Below, in pieces: positions 27,978 to 37,877 of a stretch of DNA of 64,000 nucleotides. The first letter of the stretch is position 1. The number at the start of each line of letters is the position of its first letter. A model generated the notes under the pieces. That model saw only the letters and a program-made list of their open reading frames with translations. It searched no databases and was not told where the DNA came from. The stretch comes from an uncultured bacterium (GTDB lineage Bacteria; Patescibacteriota; Minisyncoccia; UBA6257; 2-01-FULL-56-20). A program made the translations under genes and the position numbers. The DNA lies in NCBI GenBank assembly GCA_963807165.1, contig CAWDZM010000004.1, positions 2,670 to 66,669 of the forward strand. The letters run 5' to 3'.

Positions 27978-28527
27978 TCTGCGACTGTTTTTCGTGGATT
28001 GCGGCAAGTACTTTTTCAAAAACCTCTTGCTCTGTGAGTAAGCTCGTATCGAGTACAAAATCATATTGGGCAGGGTCAAGATGGTTCTCAATGCCATAGA
28101 GCATCTTGTAGCGCTCACGTTCCATTTTTTCGCGTTCGCTGCTTGCGACCGTCACTTCGCCCGGAGTCTTATTGGTATTTTCTTTTTTCTCTCCCACGCG
28201 CTCTGCTCCAACGATGGGGCTTACCGTGAGTAAAATATTGAATACCTTGAACGGGCTGCTCTTTGCAAAGTACCAGGCGACGCGACCCTGCACGATGAGA
28301 TCATCCTTTTCGCGCATCATGGTTGCCTGGCGTTGATCTACTGCCTGCTCGACCGCCGGGTCTTCCTTTAGCTGAGCATAGAATTGCTCGATACTAAGAT
28401 TTTTTTCGGCTGCCATTTCGCGGAAAATTCCGCCAACATAGAGCTGTGCGTAGTGCAATTCGTTTGCAAGGTTATTTGCAAGAGTTGTTTTTCCTGCTCC
28501 GACGTTTCCTCCGATGGTAATAATCAT
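27973..28527 (-). CDS. cmk: Cytidylate kinase (type 2, archaeal-like)
   Basis: IITIGGNVGAGKTT P-loop, GGIFREMA, IVQGR, RYKMLYGI..YDFVLDTS. Confidence 0.85.
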   Translation of the reverse strand: MIITIGGNVGAGKTTLANNLANELHYAQLYVGGIFREMAAEKNLSIEQFYAQLKEDPAVEQAVDQRQATMMREKDDLIVQGRVAWYFAKSSPFKVFNILLTVSPIVGAERVGEKKENTNKTPGEVTVASSEREKMERERYKMLYGIENHLDPAQYDFVLDTSLLTEQEVFEKVLAAIHEKQSQK

Positions 28528-28611
28528 TGTTGGTAGTATATCAAAATTAGATGATGATGGCGAAGCAACAGTTGAAGAATACAAGGTTTTCCATTATTAT
28601 AAGACACATCT

Positions 28612-30030
28612 ATGGGTAAGTATCATCCTACCATCGGCCTTGAGGTGCACGCGGAACTTAAAACGCGGACCAAGATGTTTTGCGATTCCCTGAACGATCC
28701 GGATGAGAAGCATCCGAACGTAAATGTGTGTCCCGTCTGCATGGGTCACCCGGGAACTCTGCCGGTGCCGAACAAGCAGGCGATCGAATATGTCTTGAAG
28801 GTCGGCCTTGCAACCGGCGGAACACCGAATAAAAAATCCCGCTTTGACCGCAAGAATTATTTCTACCCTGACCTTCCGAAGGCATATCAAATTTCGCAGT
28901 CCGGGTCTCCGCTCGTGCTTGGCGGCACGTTGCGCGGCATAAAGATAAACCATATCCATTTAGAGGAAGATGCGGGAAAGTTGGTTCACGATGATGTGAG
29001 CGGGGGAACGCTCGTTGATTACAATCGCGCGAGCGTGCCACTGATGGAACTCGTGACCGAGCCGGATATGCATACTGCAGAAGATGCCGTGGCATTCATG
29101 AAAGAGTTACAGCTCATCCTGCGCTATCTTGGCGTTTCCGACGCCGACCTTGAGCGCGGCCAGATGCGCGCCGATGCGAACATCTCCATTTCGCCGGACG
29201 ACACACTCGGCACGCGCGCGGAGGTAAAGAATCTGAACTCGTTCAACTCGGTATTCCAGGCGATCAACTATGAGATCAAACGGCAAACGGAATTGCTCGA
29301 TAAGGGCGAGGCGGTAAAACAGGAAACGCGCGGGTGGGATGATGCTAAACAAAAGACGGCATCACAGCGCTCAAAGGAGGAGGCGCAGGATTATCGCTAT
29401 TTTCCGGAGCCGGATATTCCGCCATTCGAAACGAGCGTGTTTAATATTGAAGCGTTGCGCGATTCCATCCCGGAGCTTCCTGCACAAAAACGCGTGCGGT
29501 TTATGAGTGAATATGGATTGGATGAGCGCGCCGCCGACGCGCTCGCGGGAGAGCTTGCAACGGCAAATTATTTTGAGGAAGCGGTTTCTGAATTCCGTGA
29601 GGAGATTCCTGATGGTAGTATCGCCACGCTCTATAACTATCTATCGAGCGACTTGCGCGGGATGATGAACGAGGCAAGTGTTTCATTCGCAGATGTCAAA
29701 GTGAGTCCGGAACACTTGGCCACGCTTGCGGTGCTGATCGAGCAGAAAAAGATCACTAGCCGCCAAGCAAAAGATATGCTGGCGAAGATGTTTGCCACGG
29801 GCGCCGATCCGGAGGAGATCATGAAGAGCGAGAATATCGGCATCGGAGACAGCGACGAAGTGGAAGCGGTGGTGCTCGCGATCATCGCAGAGCACCATGC
29901 CGCCGTCGCGGATTATAAAAAAGGAAAGACGGCGAGTCTGCAGTTTTTGATCGGCCAGGCGATGGCGCGGCTGAAAGGCCGCGCCCGGCCGGATATGTTG
30001 AAGGAGATCTTCGAGAAGAATTTGGCGTAG
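28612..30030 (+). CDS. gatB: Asp/Glu-tRNA amidotransferase subunit B
   Basis: IGLEVHAEL, RKNYFYPDLPKAYQISQ, HLEEDAGK and DYRYFPEPD motifs. Confidence 0.97.
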   Translation: MGKYHPTIGLEVHAELKTRTKMFCDSLNDPDEKHPNVNVCPVCMGHPGTLPVPNKQAIEYVLKVGLATGGTPNKKSRFDRKNYFYPDLPKAYQISQSGSPLVLGGTLRGIKINHIHLEEDAGKLVHDDVSGGTLVDYNRASVPLMELVTEPDMHTAEDAVAFMKELQLILRYLGVSDADLERGQMRADANISISPDDTLGTRAEVKNLNSFNSVFQAINYEIKRQTELLDKGEAVKQETRGWDDAKQKTASQRSKEEAQDYRYFPEPDIPPFETSVFNIEALRDSIPELPAQKRVRFMSEYGLDERAADALAGELATANYFEEAVSEFREEIPDGSIATLYNYLSSDLRGMMNEASVSFADVKVSPEHLATLAVLIEQKKITSRQAKDMLAKMFATGADPEEIMKSENIGIGDSDEVEAVVLAIIAEHHAAVADYKKGKTASLQFLIGQAMARLKGRARPDMLKEIFEKNLA

Positions 30031-30117
30031 GGTCAGCGCTCTTGACGAGACGCAAAATGTGCGTAAAATAAATATCAGTAATTTGTTGCCAGTTCTTTTA
30101 TGTGGAGATGACCTTTT

Positions 30118-30495
30118 GTGAAAAGAGGGACGAAGTCATTCGTTTTTCAAGGGGTCTTCTCCACTGTTTGCCGGTGGAGTAATAATCCCCAGGAGGTTTC
30201 CTTGAGCATCAATTGTAAATCCTGTTCTCAACCCACTATCCCGCTTATCGGACGCGGTATCGTTGTCATTGCAGATTGTATCAACACTTCATGTCCAGAA
30301 AATCTTCAAGGCAAATCTATCTTTCCGTGCGTCCGTTGTCCGGAGTGCGGGAGCGCTCAACTTGTTAGACGGAATAGCCTTTCGCCGCGGCACCTCTGGT
30401 GTAAAGACTGCGGAGGGGATATAGATGTCCCCGATTGCTATATGCCATCGTCGCCTGATACCGAGGGGGTCGGGGTGGTAATGACAGGTCGATGA
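30118..30495 (+). CDS. Hypothetical Cys-rich (zinc-ribbon) protein
   Basis: CKSC, CINTSC, CPEC and CKDC motifs. Own promoter TTGACG-16-TAAAAT and a downstream terminator. Start codon uncertain. Confidence 0.6.
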   Translation: MKRGTKSFVFQGVFSTVCRWSNNPQEVSLSINCKSCSQPTIPLIGRGIVVIADCINTSCPENLQGKSIFPCVRCPECGSAQLVRRNSLSPRHLWCKDCGGDIDVPDCYMPSSPDTEGVGVVMTGR

Positions 30496-30552
30496 TCAAT
30501 GACGTTTTAGCTACTTGTTCGCGGGACGCCATTTCCTAGTGGCGTCTTTTTT

Positions 30553-31455
30553 TTATAAGAAACTTTTAATGAGCGCTTCGGCGCTTTCCAAAGTATCGAT
30601 CCAGTGCGTCTGTTTATCTTTTTTAAACCACGTCATCTGCCGCTTTGCGTAGCGCCACGTGTTCATTTTGATAGCGGCGACAGTATCATCAAGCGATAGC
30701 GTGCCGTCGAGATGTGCGATGATCTCCCGATAGCCGATCGCATCAAAGGCTATCGCCGTGCGGCCATATTTTTTTATGAGCATTTGCACTTCATTAATGA
30801 ACCCATCGCGCATCATCACATCCACACGGCGATCGATCCGCTCGCGCAATATTTCTGCTGGGGGATTGAGGCCAAGCGTGAGCACGTTGAAGAGCGGCAC
30901 ATGTTTCTTACGCTGAGCGGTGAATGGCTCGCCGGTCGTGATCGCGACCTCGAGCGCGCGCACCACGCGCCGGGGATTCTTTGGATCCACCACGTATGCC
31001 GCTTCGGGATCGAGCGCAACCAATCTATCGAACGCGCGCTCGAGCCCGTCGCGCGCGATCTCGCTTTCGATCTCGGCACGGAGCGTTGGGTTGGCAATCG
31101 CCTTTGGAATATCCAGGTTCTCGACCACGGATTTTATATAGAGCCCGGTGCCGCCCACGAGCAGGGGGAGCTTGCCGCGCGCGATGATGTCATTGATCGC
31201 AGCGATGGCATCGCGTTGATATTCTAAAACGGTATAATCCTCATTGGGGTCTTTGATATCGATAAGATGGTGGGGGATCGCATGGCGTTCCATCGCCGTC
31301 GGCTTTGCGGTGCCGATGTCCATGCCGCGATAGATCTGTCGGGAGTCTGCGGAGACGATCTCGGCGCTAAACGCGCGAGCGAGTGCGATGCCGAGTGCGG
31401 TTTTTCCGCTCGCGGTAGGGCCGACGATGGCGATGATCTTTGGGGTAATTGACAT
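30553..31455 (-). CDS. miaA: tRNA dimethylallyltransferase
   Basis: GPTASGKT, SADSRQIYRGMDIGTAKP, VGGTGLY and YAKRQMTWF motifs. Confidence 0.97.
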   Translation of the reverse strand: MSITPKIIAIVGPTASGKTALGIALARAFSAEIVSADSRQIYRGMDIGTAKPTAMERHAIPHHLIDIKDPNEDYTVLEYQRDAIAAINDIIARGKLPLLVGGTGLYIKSVVENLDIPKAIANPTLRAEIESEIARDGLERAFDRLVALDPEAAYVVDPKNPRRVVRALEVAITTGEPFTAQRKKHVPLFNVLTLGLNPPAEILRERIDRRVDVMMRDGFINEVQMLIKKYGRTAIAFDAIGYREIIAHLDGTLSLDDTVAAIKMNTWRYAKRQMTWFKKDKQTHWIDTLESAEALIKSFL

Positions 31456-31517
31456 ATATTCCTTCAGTATTCTATTCTATGGAAAGTGGTCTATTTTGAT
31501 CAATGAGGGAGGCGACG

Positions 31518-31664
31518 ATGGTATCACTACTATTGCACTGGATTTTCGTCGGATTAAAGTGGTATGCGATATATTCGGTTGCTCTCGTTTTCCTTCTTGT
31601 GCTGTTTTGTAGTATAGGAAGGGCATGCTGGAGGTTCACCCATCACCCATGCCATAAAAATTAA
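31518..31664 (+). CDS. Small hydrophobic protein (48 aa; absent from the ORF track)
   Basis: MVSLLLHWIFVGLKWYAIYSVALVFLLVLFCSIGRACWRFTHHPCHKN. GGGAGG SD, TTGACA-18-TATTCT upstream, terminator at ~31690-31723. Confidence 0.55.
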   Translation: MVSLLLHWIFVGLKWYAIYSVALVFLLVLFCSIGRACWRFTHHPCHKN

Positions 31665-31734
31665 TACCCGTATCCATTTTTAGGGACACAAGACTCCTCG
31701 CTATTATTGCCGGAGTCTTTTTTAATGTGCCCTT

Positions 31735-33500
31735 TTAAAGAGTCTTCTCTTTTACCTCGCCCTCTATCTTTTTAATAAAATCCGCGAGCGCGATCTCCTT
31801 CTCTTCTCCTTTGCGGTCGCGCACGTTCACGGTGTTGCCGCTGACCTCTTTTTCTCCGACGACGATGACGTAGGGCACCTTCATCATCTCCGCTTCGCGG
31901 ATGCGCTTGCCGAGTGATTCGTTTGCGTCGGCGAGTTCCGCGCGGATGCCGACGGCGAGGAGTGCTTCGTGAACACTCTTTCCGTAATCCGCAAATTTTT
32001 CGCTGACGGGAAGGATCGTTGTTTGCACTGGCGAAAGCCAAACGGGGAACTTGCCAGCGAAGTGTTCGATGATAACGGAAAGGAATCGTTCAATCGAACC
32101 CATGATGGCGGCATGGATCATCACGATCCGTTCATGCTCACCATTCTCATTAATACAAAAGAGATCAAAGCGCTCGGGCTGATTCATGTCGAGCTGGATC
32201 GTTGCCACCTGTACCGAACGTCCGAGCGCATCCTTGCCCATAAAGTCAATCTTCGGACCGTAGAGCGCGGCCTCGCCCGGAGCCTCGACTGCGTTCGCAC
32301 CGTGCTCCTTTATGAGCTGGCGTAAATGTTCTTCTGCGGTGCGCCACACCTCCGGCGTGCCAAGATATTTTTCGGGATGCTCGGGGTCGTGCAACGAGAG
32401 TCGGACGGAAAGTTCAAAACCAAACGCGCCATAAAATTCGGTGATGATATCCCAGACTTTGAATATCTCATCCTTTATCTGCGAGGTGCGACAGAACACA
32501 TGGGCATCATCCTGGGTGATGGAGAGCACGCGGGAAAGCCCGGCGAGTTCGCCGGACTGCTCATCGCGATATACCTTCGTGGTCGTCGCATAGCGTTGAG
32601 GAAGTTCGCGGTAGCTCCACTGCTTGCGGGCATAGATCTGCGTGTGGTGCGGGCAGTTCATCGGCTTCATCGCATAGAGATGTCCTTCGCGCGTTTCTAT
32701 CTTAAACAACTCATCTTTAAACTTATCCCAATGCCCGCTCTTTTCATAAAGATCTTTTTTTGTGATGTGGGGGATATCCACCTGGAGATAGCCGCGCTGT
32801 TTGCGCAAACTCCACACAAAGTCATCCAAAAGATTTCGGAGCGTCGTGCCCTTTGGAGTCCAGAGCGGAAGCCCCGGGCCGACAAGCTCAGAGAACGTGA
32901 AGAGATCGAGCTTAGGCCCGAGGATTTTGTGATCGCGCTTCTTGGCCTCCTCAACCATCTTTTCATAATCTTTTAATGCTTCCTTACTCTCGAATGCCAA
33001 TCCATAGATGCGCTGGAGTTGTTGGTTCTTTTCATCGCCGCGCCAGTAGGCGCCCGCGATCTTGTCGAGCGTAAAGCCGTCGGCGGGAATCTCGGAAGTA
33101 TTCTCCACATGGCCGCCGCGGCAGAGATCCATAAAGACATCGCCAGTTTCGTAGACGGTCAATGTTTTATCCTCGGCTGCGAAGTCGTTTATTAAATCCA
33201 GTTTAAATGGCTGATGGGCAGAAAAGCTTTTTTGCTTCGGCGACGCTGACCTCGCGTCCGGTGAATGGGAGTTTCTTATTCACAAAACTGCGCATCGTCT
33301 TCTCGAGCGTCTTCAGGTCGTCCGGCGTGATCGCGCGGGGGAGCAGGAAGTCATAATAAAATCCATTTTCCACCGTCGGGCCGATGCCGAGCTTGGCGTC
33401 GGGAAACTCTTTGAGTCACCGCCGCCGCAAGGAGGTGGGCGAGCGAGTGCCGGACGTGATCGAGTTTTTTTGCTGAGCCGTCGGATGGGTTATTTGGCAT
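31735..33500 (-). CDS. thrS: Threonine--tRNA ligase (two apparent indels in the 5' part)
   Basis: [45 protein letters not shown] and GSIERF motifs. Frameshifts at ~33416 and ~33223. Confidence 0.92.
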
Positions 33501-33560
33501 AATATAGTCATTCTATGCCAATTACATTGATTTTTAAAGTGGTTGGCTTATGATACCTTT

Positions 33561-34859
33561 ATGCTCGATATCAAGTTTATCCGCGAGAATGCGGATGTGC
33601 TCAAGGATGTTTCCCTCAAGAAGAACCTCGATCCAAAGGTGATCGACGAACTTTTGGATGTGGACACAAAGCGGCGTGAACTGATGACGTCGTCGGAAGC
33701 GCTCCGCGCGGAACAAAAAAAGACGCAGGATCGCGAAGCGGGGGCCACGTTAAAAGAACAATTTAAAGAGCAGGAAGAGAAATTAAAGCCGCTTGAAAAA
33801 CAGTTTAACGAGCTGATGGTGCGCGTGCCGAATATTATTTCGCCGGATGTGCCGACGGGAAAAGATGAGAGCGAGAATAAGGAAGTGTTTCGATGGATTC
33901 CAAGCGACGATGGTTCGCATGAGCCGAAAAAATTCGACTTCACGCCAAAGAATCACATGGAGCTTGGTACGTCGCTCGACATTCTGGATTTTGAAAAGGG
34001 CACGAAGGTGGGCGGCTTCCGCGGGTATTATGTAAAGAACGAAGGCGTCCAGCTCGTGATGGGCATCATGATGTATGCGGTGAATAAGATGGTGGAAAAA
34101 GGATTTAAGCCGATGATCCCGCCGACGCTCGTAAAAGAGTTCGCGTTATTCGGCACGGGCTATTTTAAAGGAACGGAGTACGATCCGGAGGTGGATGAGA
34201 TTTACGAGATCGCAACAGCCGAAAAAGAAGCAGGCGGAGAGAAGAGCGCTGAGAAAAAATTCCTAGTGGGAACATCCGAGCCGTCACTTCTTGCATACTA
34301 TGCGGATGAGGTTTTGAAAGCCGATCAGCTTCCGATAAAAAATGCGGGCTACAGCCAATGCTATCGTAGTGAGATCGGCAGTTACAGTAAAGATGTGAAA
34401 GGTATGTACCGTGTGCACGAGTTTATGAAGGTGGAGCAGGTGGTGCTGGCGGAAGCGGACATTGAAGCGGCGAACAAGTTGCAGGACGAGATGGTGGAGA
34501 TCTCCGGCGAGATGCACAAAGAGCTCGGCTTACCGTACCGGCGACTGGCAATCTGCACCGGCGACCTCGGCGCGGGCAAGTATAAACAGTACGACACAGA
34601 GGCATGGCTGCCGGGCATGAACCGCTGGGCCGAGACCGGCTCTGCGAGCAACTTCCTCGACTGGCAGTCGCGTCGGCTGAACGTAAAATATATCGATCCA
34701 AAGACGGGCGAGAAGAAATTCGTCTATATGTTGAACAATACTGCCCTGCCAAGTCCGCGCGTATTCATCGCCATTTTGGAAAACTATCAGACGGCTGACG
34801 GGAAGGTGATGGTGCCGGAGGTTTTGCAGAAGTACGTAGGCAAGGAGGTGATTGGATAA
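33561..34859 (+). CDS. serS: Serine--tRNA ligase
   Basis: MLDIKFIREN, LVGTSE, CYRSEIGS, YRVHEFMKVEQ and ILENYQ motifs. Confidence 0.96.
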   Translation: MLDIKFIRENADVLKDVSLKKNLDPKVIDELLDVDTKRRELMTSSEALRAEQKKTQDREAGATLKEQFKEQEEKLKPLEKQFNELMVRVPNIISPDVPTGKDESENKEVFRWIPSDDGSHEPKKFDFTPKNHMELGTSLDILDFEKGTKVGGFRGYYVKNEGVQLVMGIMMYAVNKMVEKGFKPMIPPTLVKEFALFGTGYFKGTEYDPEVDEIYEIATAEKEAGGEKSAEKKFLVGTSEPSLLAYYADEVLKADQLPIKNAGYSQCYRSEIGSYSKDVKGMYRVHEFMKVEQVVLAEADIEAANKLQDEMVEISGEMHKELGLPYRRLAICTGDLGAGKYKQYDTEAWLPGMNRWAETGSASNFLDWQSRRLNVKYIDPKTGEKKFVYMLNNTALPSPRVFIAILENYQTADGKVMVPEVLQKYVGKEVIG

Positions 34860-34912
34860 CGCCTGCGCGGCTCGCGCGCGATAACACGCCGCGGGAGTGG
34901 TATTATTGAGTA

Positions 34913-35815
34913 ATGCAGATTACGCCATACATCTCTGACCGCAAAAAAAAGCGCAAGCGCATTCGCGCGTATATTTATACCGCGCTTGGCTTGCTTGTGC
35001 TCTACGGAATATTTTTTATTGCGCAGTGGTTTCTTTTCCGTTCGCCGGTATTCCGCGTTGATAGCGTTGTAGTGCAGGGGAATAGCGCGGTTTCGAGCTC
35101 GAGCATCGTTACGCTCGCTGAGGCGAGCGCACTTCCCGCGCAGAGCTTTTTCCGCGGCGCACTCACTTTTAATAATATGTTGCTCTGGCCGTCCACTATC
35201 CCGCAAAAAGAACTTGCGCTGATTCCCCAGCTTGCGAGCATAAAAATTTCGAAGGATTTTTTCTCGCATACGATCACAATTACCGCAACGGAGCGCCAGC
35301 CGTTCGGCATCTGGTGTTTTTCCGCGCCACCGGGCGCGGTGATTTCCGGCACAACTTCTGCCGCTGGCACGAATACCAACGTGAGTACTTCGTCTTCCAT
35401 TACCAATACAGCTACCACCAATCCCAACGCGCCATGCTACTGGTTTGATAACACCGGCACGATCTTTGAGAAGGCGGGCGAGTCTCAAGGCGATCTTATC
35501 TTTGTGACCTACGATCGCACGCAAAGCCCGCGCGGATTGGATCAAAAAGTATTGCCCGATGAATTTTTACCAAACGTTATTTCCATTATGGATGTTCTAC
35601 GCGAGAGCGGGCTTAGCGTGCGAGCGATCGAGCTGAACGACCTCTCGCTCCAGGAGGTGGATGTGCTTACCGCGAACGGTCCGACGATTTATTTCAGCCT
35701 GCAATTTCCTGCGGACGAATATCTGCCGGTTATCCAGAAGTTGATGGTGCAATCAAATTTTGCCAAGCTACAGTATGTGGACTGCAGGACGGAGAACCGG
35801 CTGTTCTATAAATAG
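34913..35815 (+). CDS. FtsQ/DivIB-like POTRA domain protein
   Basis: Basic N-tail, TM, F.V..V.VQGN POTRA, ITATER.P, YVDCRTENRLFYK end. Confidence 0.7.
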   Translation: MQITPYISDRKKKRKRIRAYIYTALGLLVLYGIFFIAQWFLFRSPVFRVDSVVVQGNSAVSSSSIVTLAEASALPAQSFFRGALTFNNMLLWPSTIPQKELALIPQLASIKISKDFFSHTITITATERQPFGIWCFSAPPGAVISGTTSAAGTNTNVSTSSSITNTATTNPNAPCYWFDNTGTIFEKAGESQGDLIFVTYDRTQSPRGLDQKVLPDEFLPNVISIMDVLRESGLSVRAIELNDLSLQEVDVLTANGPTIYFSLQFPADEYLPVIQKLMVQSNFAKLQYVDCRTENRLFYK

Positions 35816-35816
35816 T

Positions 35817-37817
35817 CTATTGCAGGTGGTACACAAAAATCGAAGTCCCGATGCGATAGTCCGGCGTGGGGACGTTGCCCATATCGCCCCCGAGCCATGT
35901 GCCGGTGGCATCTGCGGGCGGGCGGAGCGCGGTGAGCCACGAGTAGGTGTCCGACGCGTTGCGGGTGTTGCCGGGCGCGAGCGGCTGGATGGCGCCCTCG
36001 AGCGTGTTCACGGAAACGGCGAGCCAGTGAATGCCTTGATCGCTCGGGTTTCCCATTGACGATGACCATGGCACTGCTTTGCCTGGCAGATAATATTCCG
36101 GATCGCCGCCACCGAAGTAGTCCACGGCAATCTTATCCACCTGCGGGTTAGCGTTGACCCATGACTGCAATCGGATCAAGTCTTGCCCCCAATCGTAGTT
36201 CGAATCCGTCACGAAGTGATATCCGCCCTGTACGCCACCACCAAATTCATTGAAGTAAGAAAGGAAGTATGGTGCGGCAAAGAGTGTTTCAAGAAGCAAC
36301 CACGCGAGGAGCAGAATGAGCACGAGATATTTTATGAAGGACGCAGCGAATGAACGTGCTATCGCCATCGCGGAATCCATCACGGAAAATCCTTGTGCGC
36401 TGATCGCGCCAAAGTTTATCTGCATGATCCACTTTTTCCACACGACAGCGGCAAGGATAAAGATGAGCGGGAGCGTGGGGAGGATGTGTCGGATGCCAAT
36501 GTTCAGCGGACTGTGCATGCTATATCCCCAGTAGAGGACGATGAACGACGCGAGTGAAAATTCGCCGAAGTGCTTGGCGAGATAATCGAGCATCCGTCGC
36601 CCGATGCCGGGTCCGCCGCGCGTGGGATTGGTTAATGTTCTTTTAATGATCCACCATGCCGCGAGGAGGAGCGCGAACAGAACGATGATCAATGTCGGAA
36701 TGGGTTCCTTTAACAGGAAGAGCACCGGGAAATACATCCAGCCACCACTCTGTGCGATGTGGCCAAGGAAATAGATTGTGTTTCCGCCATCGGCGCGTTG
36801 CAGAACCATCAGGACGCCGAGCGTGTATTCCGCGACGGGACGCATCACGCGATTGCCTGCCATCCAGATGTCCGCGTCCGCGATACAACGCATACCCTTG
36901 CACATTGATCCCGCCGGCGTCGGGCCGGTGGCGAATGAAGTCAGGATCGCGGTCGTGTCCGAGACTTGCCGTGCAATCGGTTCACCGCTCGTAAAAAGGA
37001 AGTAGATCGGATAGACGATGAACGCATAGCCGATGATAAAGATCAACGCACACTTTCCCGCATAGTGGCACAGCCGGAAGAAAAATGTTTTCAACCGCCG
37101 CGAAGCATCCGTCACGCGCCATTGTGCGGCGAGGTCGCGCGCCCAGAGTACGATGAAGAGAAAGATAAAGAGTGGGACGAGCAATGGCGTTGAGAACTTG
37201 GTAACCTGCGCCACGCCGAACGCGAGTCCGGCCCACCATAAATGTTTTGTGGATGGGTCATCAATATATTTTAAAAAGAAAATTATGGCGAGGACGACAC
37301 CGAATGCGGCACCGACGTCGGTCGTCACGTAGTGCCCGTGAGCGAGCACGGTCGGATCAAGCGCGAATAAAAATGTCGGCAGGAGCGCCCAGAGCTTTCC
37401 TATCAGCCGCCGCGCAAGGAAGTAGACCAGTATGATAGTGAGGATGGTAATCAGGATTGGCATCACGCGCGCCCACTGAATGATCGCGTTCGCATCATTG
37501 CCGGAATTATAGAGGAACGCCGTGCCCATATCCCATTGACCGTTCAACTCTGTGGTCCACGCCGCGTTATTTGTTGGATAGGTGGGTTGGACAAATATCA
37601 ACACCGGCAACATCGCGAGGGCTTTGATAAGCGGGGGATGTTCGGGGTTTAAGCGATAGTCGAGCTGACTTACATATCCATAGCCGGCGGGGATGTGTGC
37701 GAGTTCATCATCGATCGCGGAGTCGGTGCGCGATGCCCAGAGCATCAGTCCGAACGACATTCCACAAATGAGCACAAGGGCGGTTACCGCCCACCACGAG
37801 GTAAGTTTTTTTATCAT
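35817..37817 (-). CDS. GT-C glycosyltransferase (family 39 / ArnT-like)
   Basis: SAIDDELAHIPAGY, NPEHPPL, HYVTTD, GIRHILP and DSNYDWGQD motifs; multi-TM. Confidence 0.85.
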   Translation of the reverse strand: MIKKLTSWWAVTALVLICGMSFGLMLWASRTDSAIDDELAHIPAGYGYVSQLDYRLNPEHPPLIKALAMLPVLIFVQPTYPTNNAAWTTELNGQWDMGTAFLYNSGNDANAIIQWARVMPILITILTIILVYFLARRLIGKLWALLPTFLFALDPTVLAHGHYVTTDVGAAFGVVLAIIFFLKYIDDPSTKHLWWAGLAFGVAQVTKFSTPLLVPLFIFLFIVLWARDLAAQWRVTDASRRLKTFFFRLCHYAGKCALIFIIGYAFIVYPIYFLFTSGEPIARQVSDTTAILTSFATGPTPAGSMCKGMRCIADADIWMAGNRVMRPVAEYTLGVLMVLQRADGGNTIYFLGHIAQSGGWMYFPVLFLLKEPIPTLIIVLFALLLAAWWIIKRTLTNPTRGGPGIGRRMLDYLAKHFGEFSLASFIVLYWGYSMHSPLNIGIRHILPTLPLIFILAAVVWKKWIMQINFGAISAQGFSVMDSAMAIARSFAASFIKYLVLILLLAWLLLETLFAAPYFLSYFNEFGGGVQGGYHFVTDSNYDWGQDLIRLQSWVNANPQVDKIAVDYFGGGDPEYYLPGKAVPWSSSMGNPSDQGIHWLAVSVNTLEGAIQPLAPGNTRNASDTYSWLTALRPPADATGTWLGGDMGNVPTPDYRIGTSIFVYHLQ

Positions 37818-37877
37818 ATCTTTATTATACAGAATCACTTCGTGATGTATCGTGCAATGCCGTGGTAAAATATCCCT

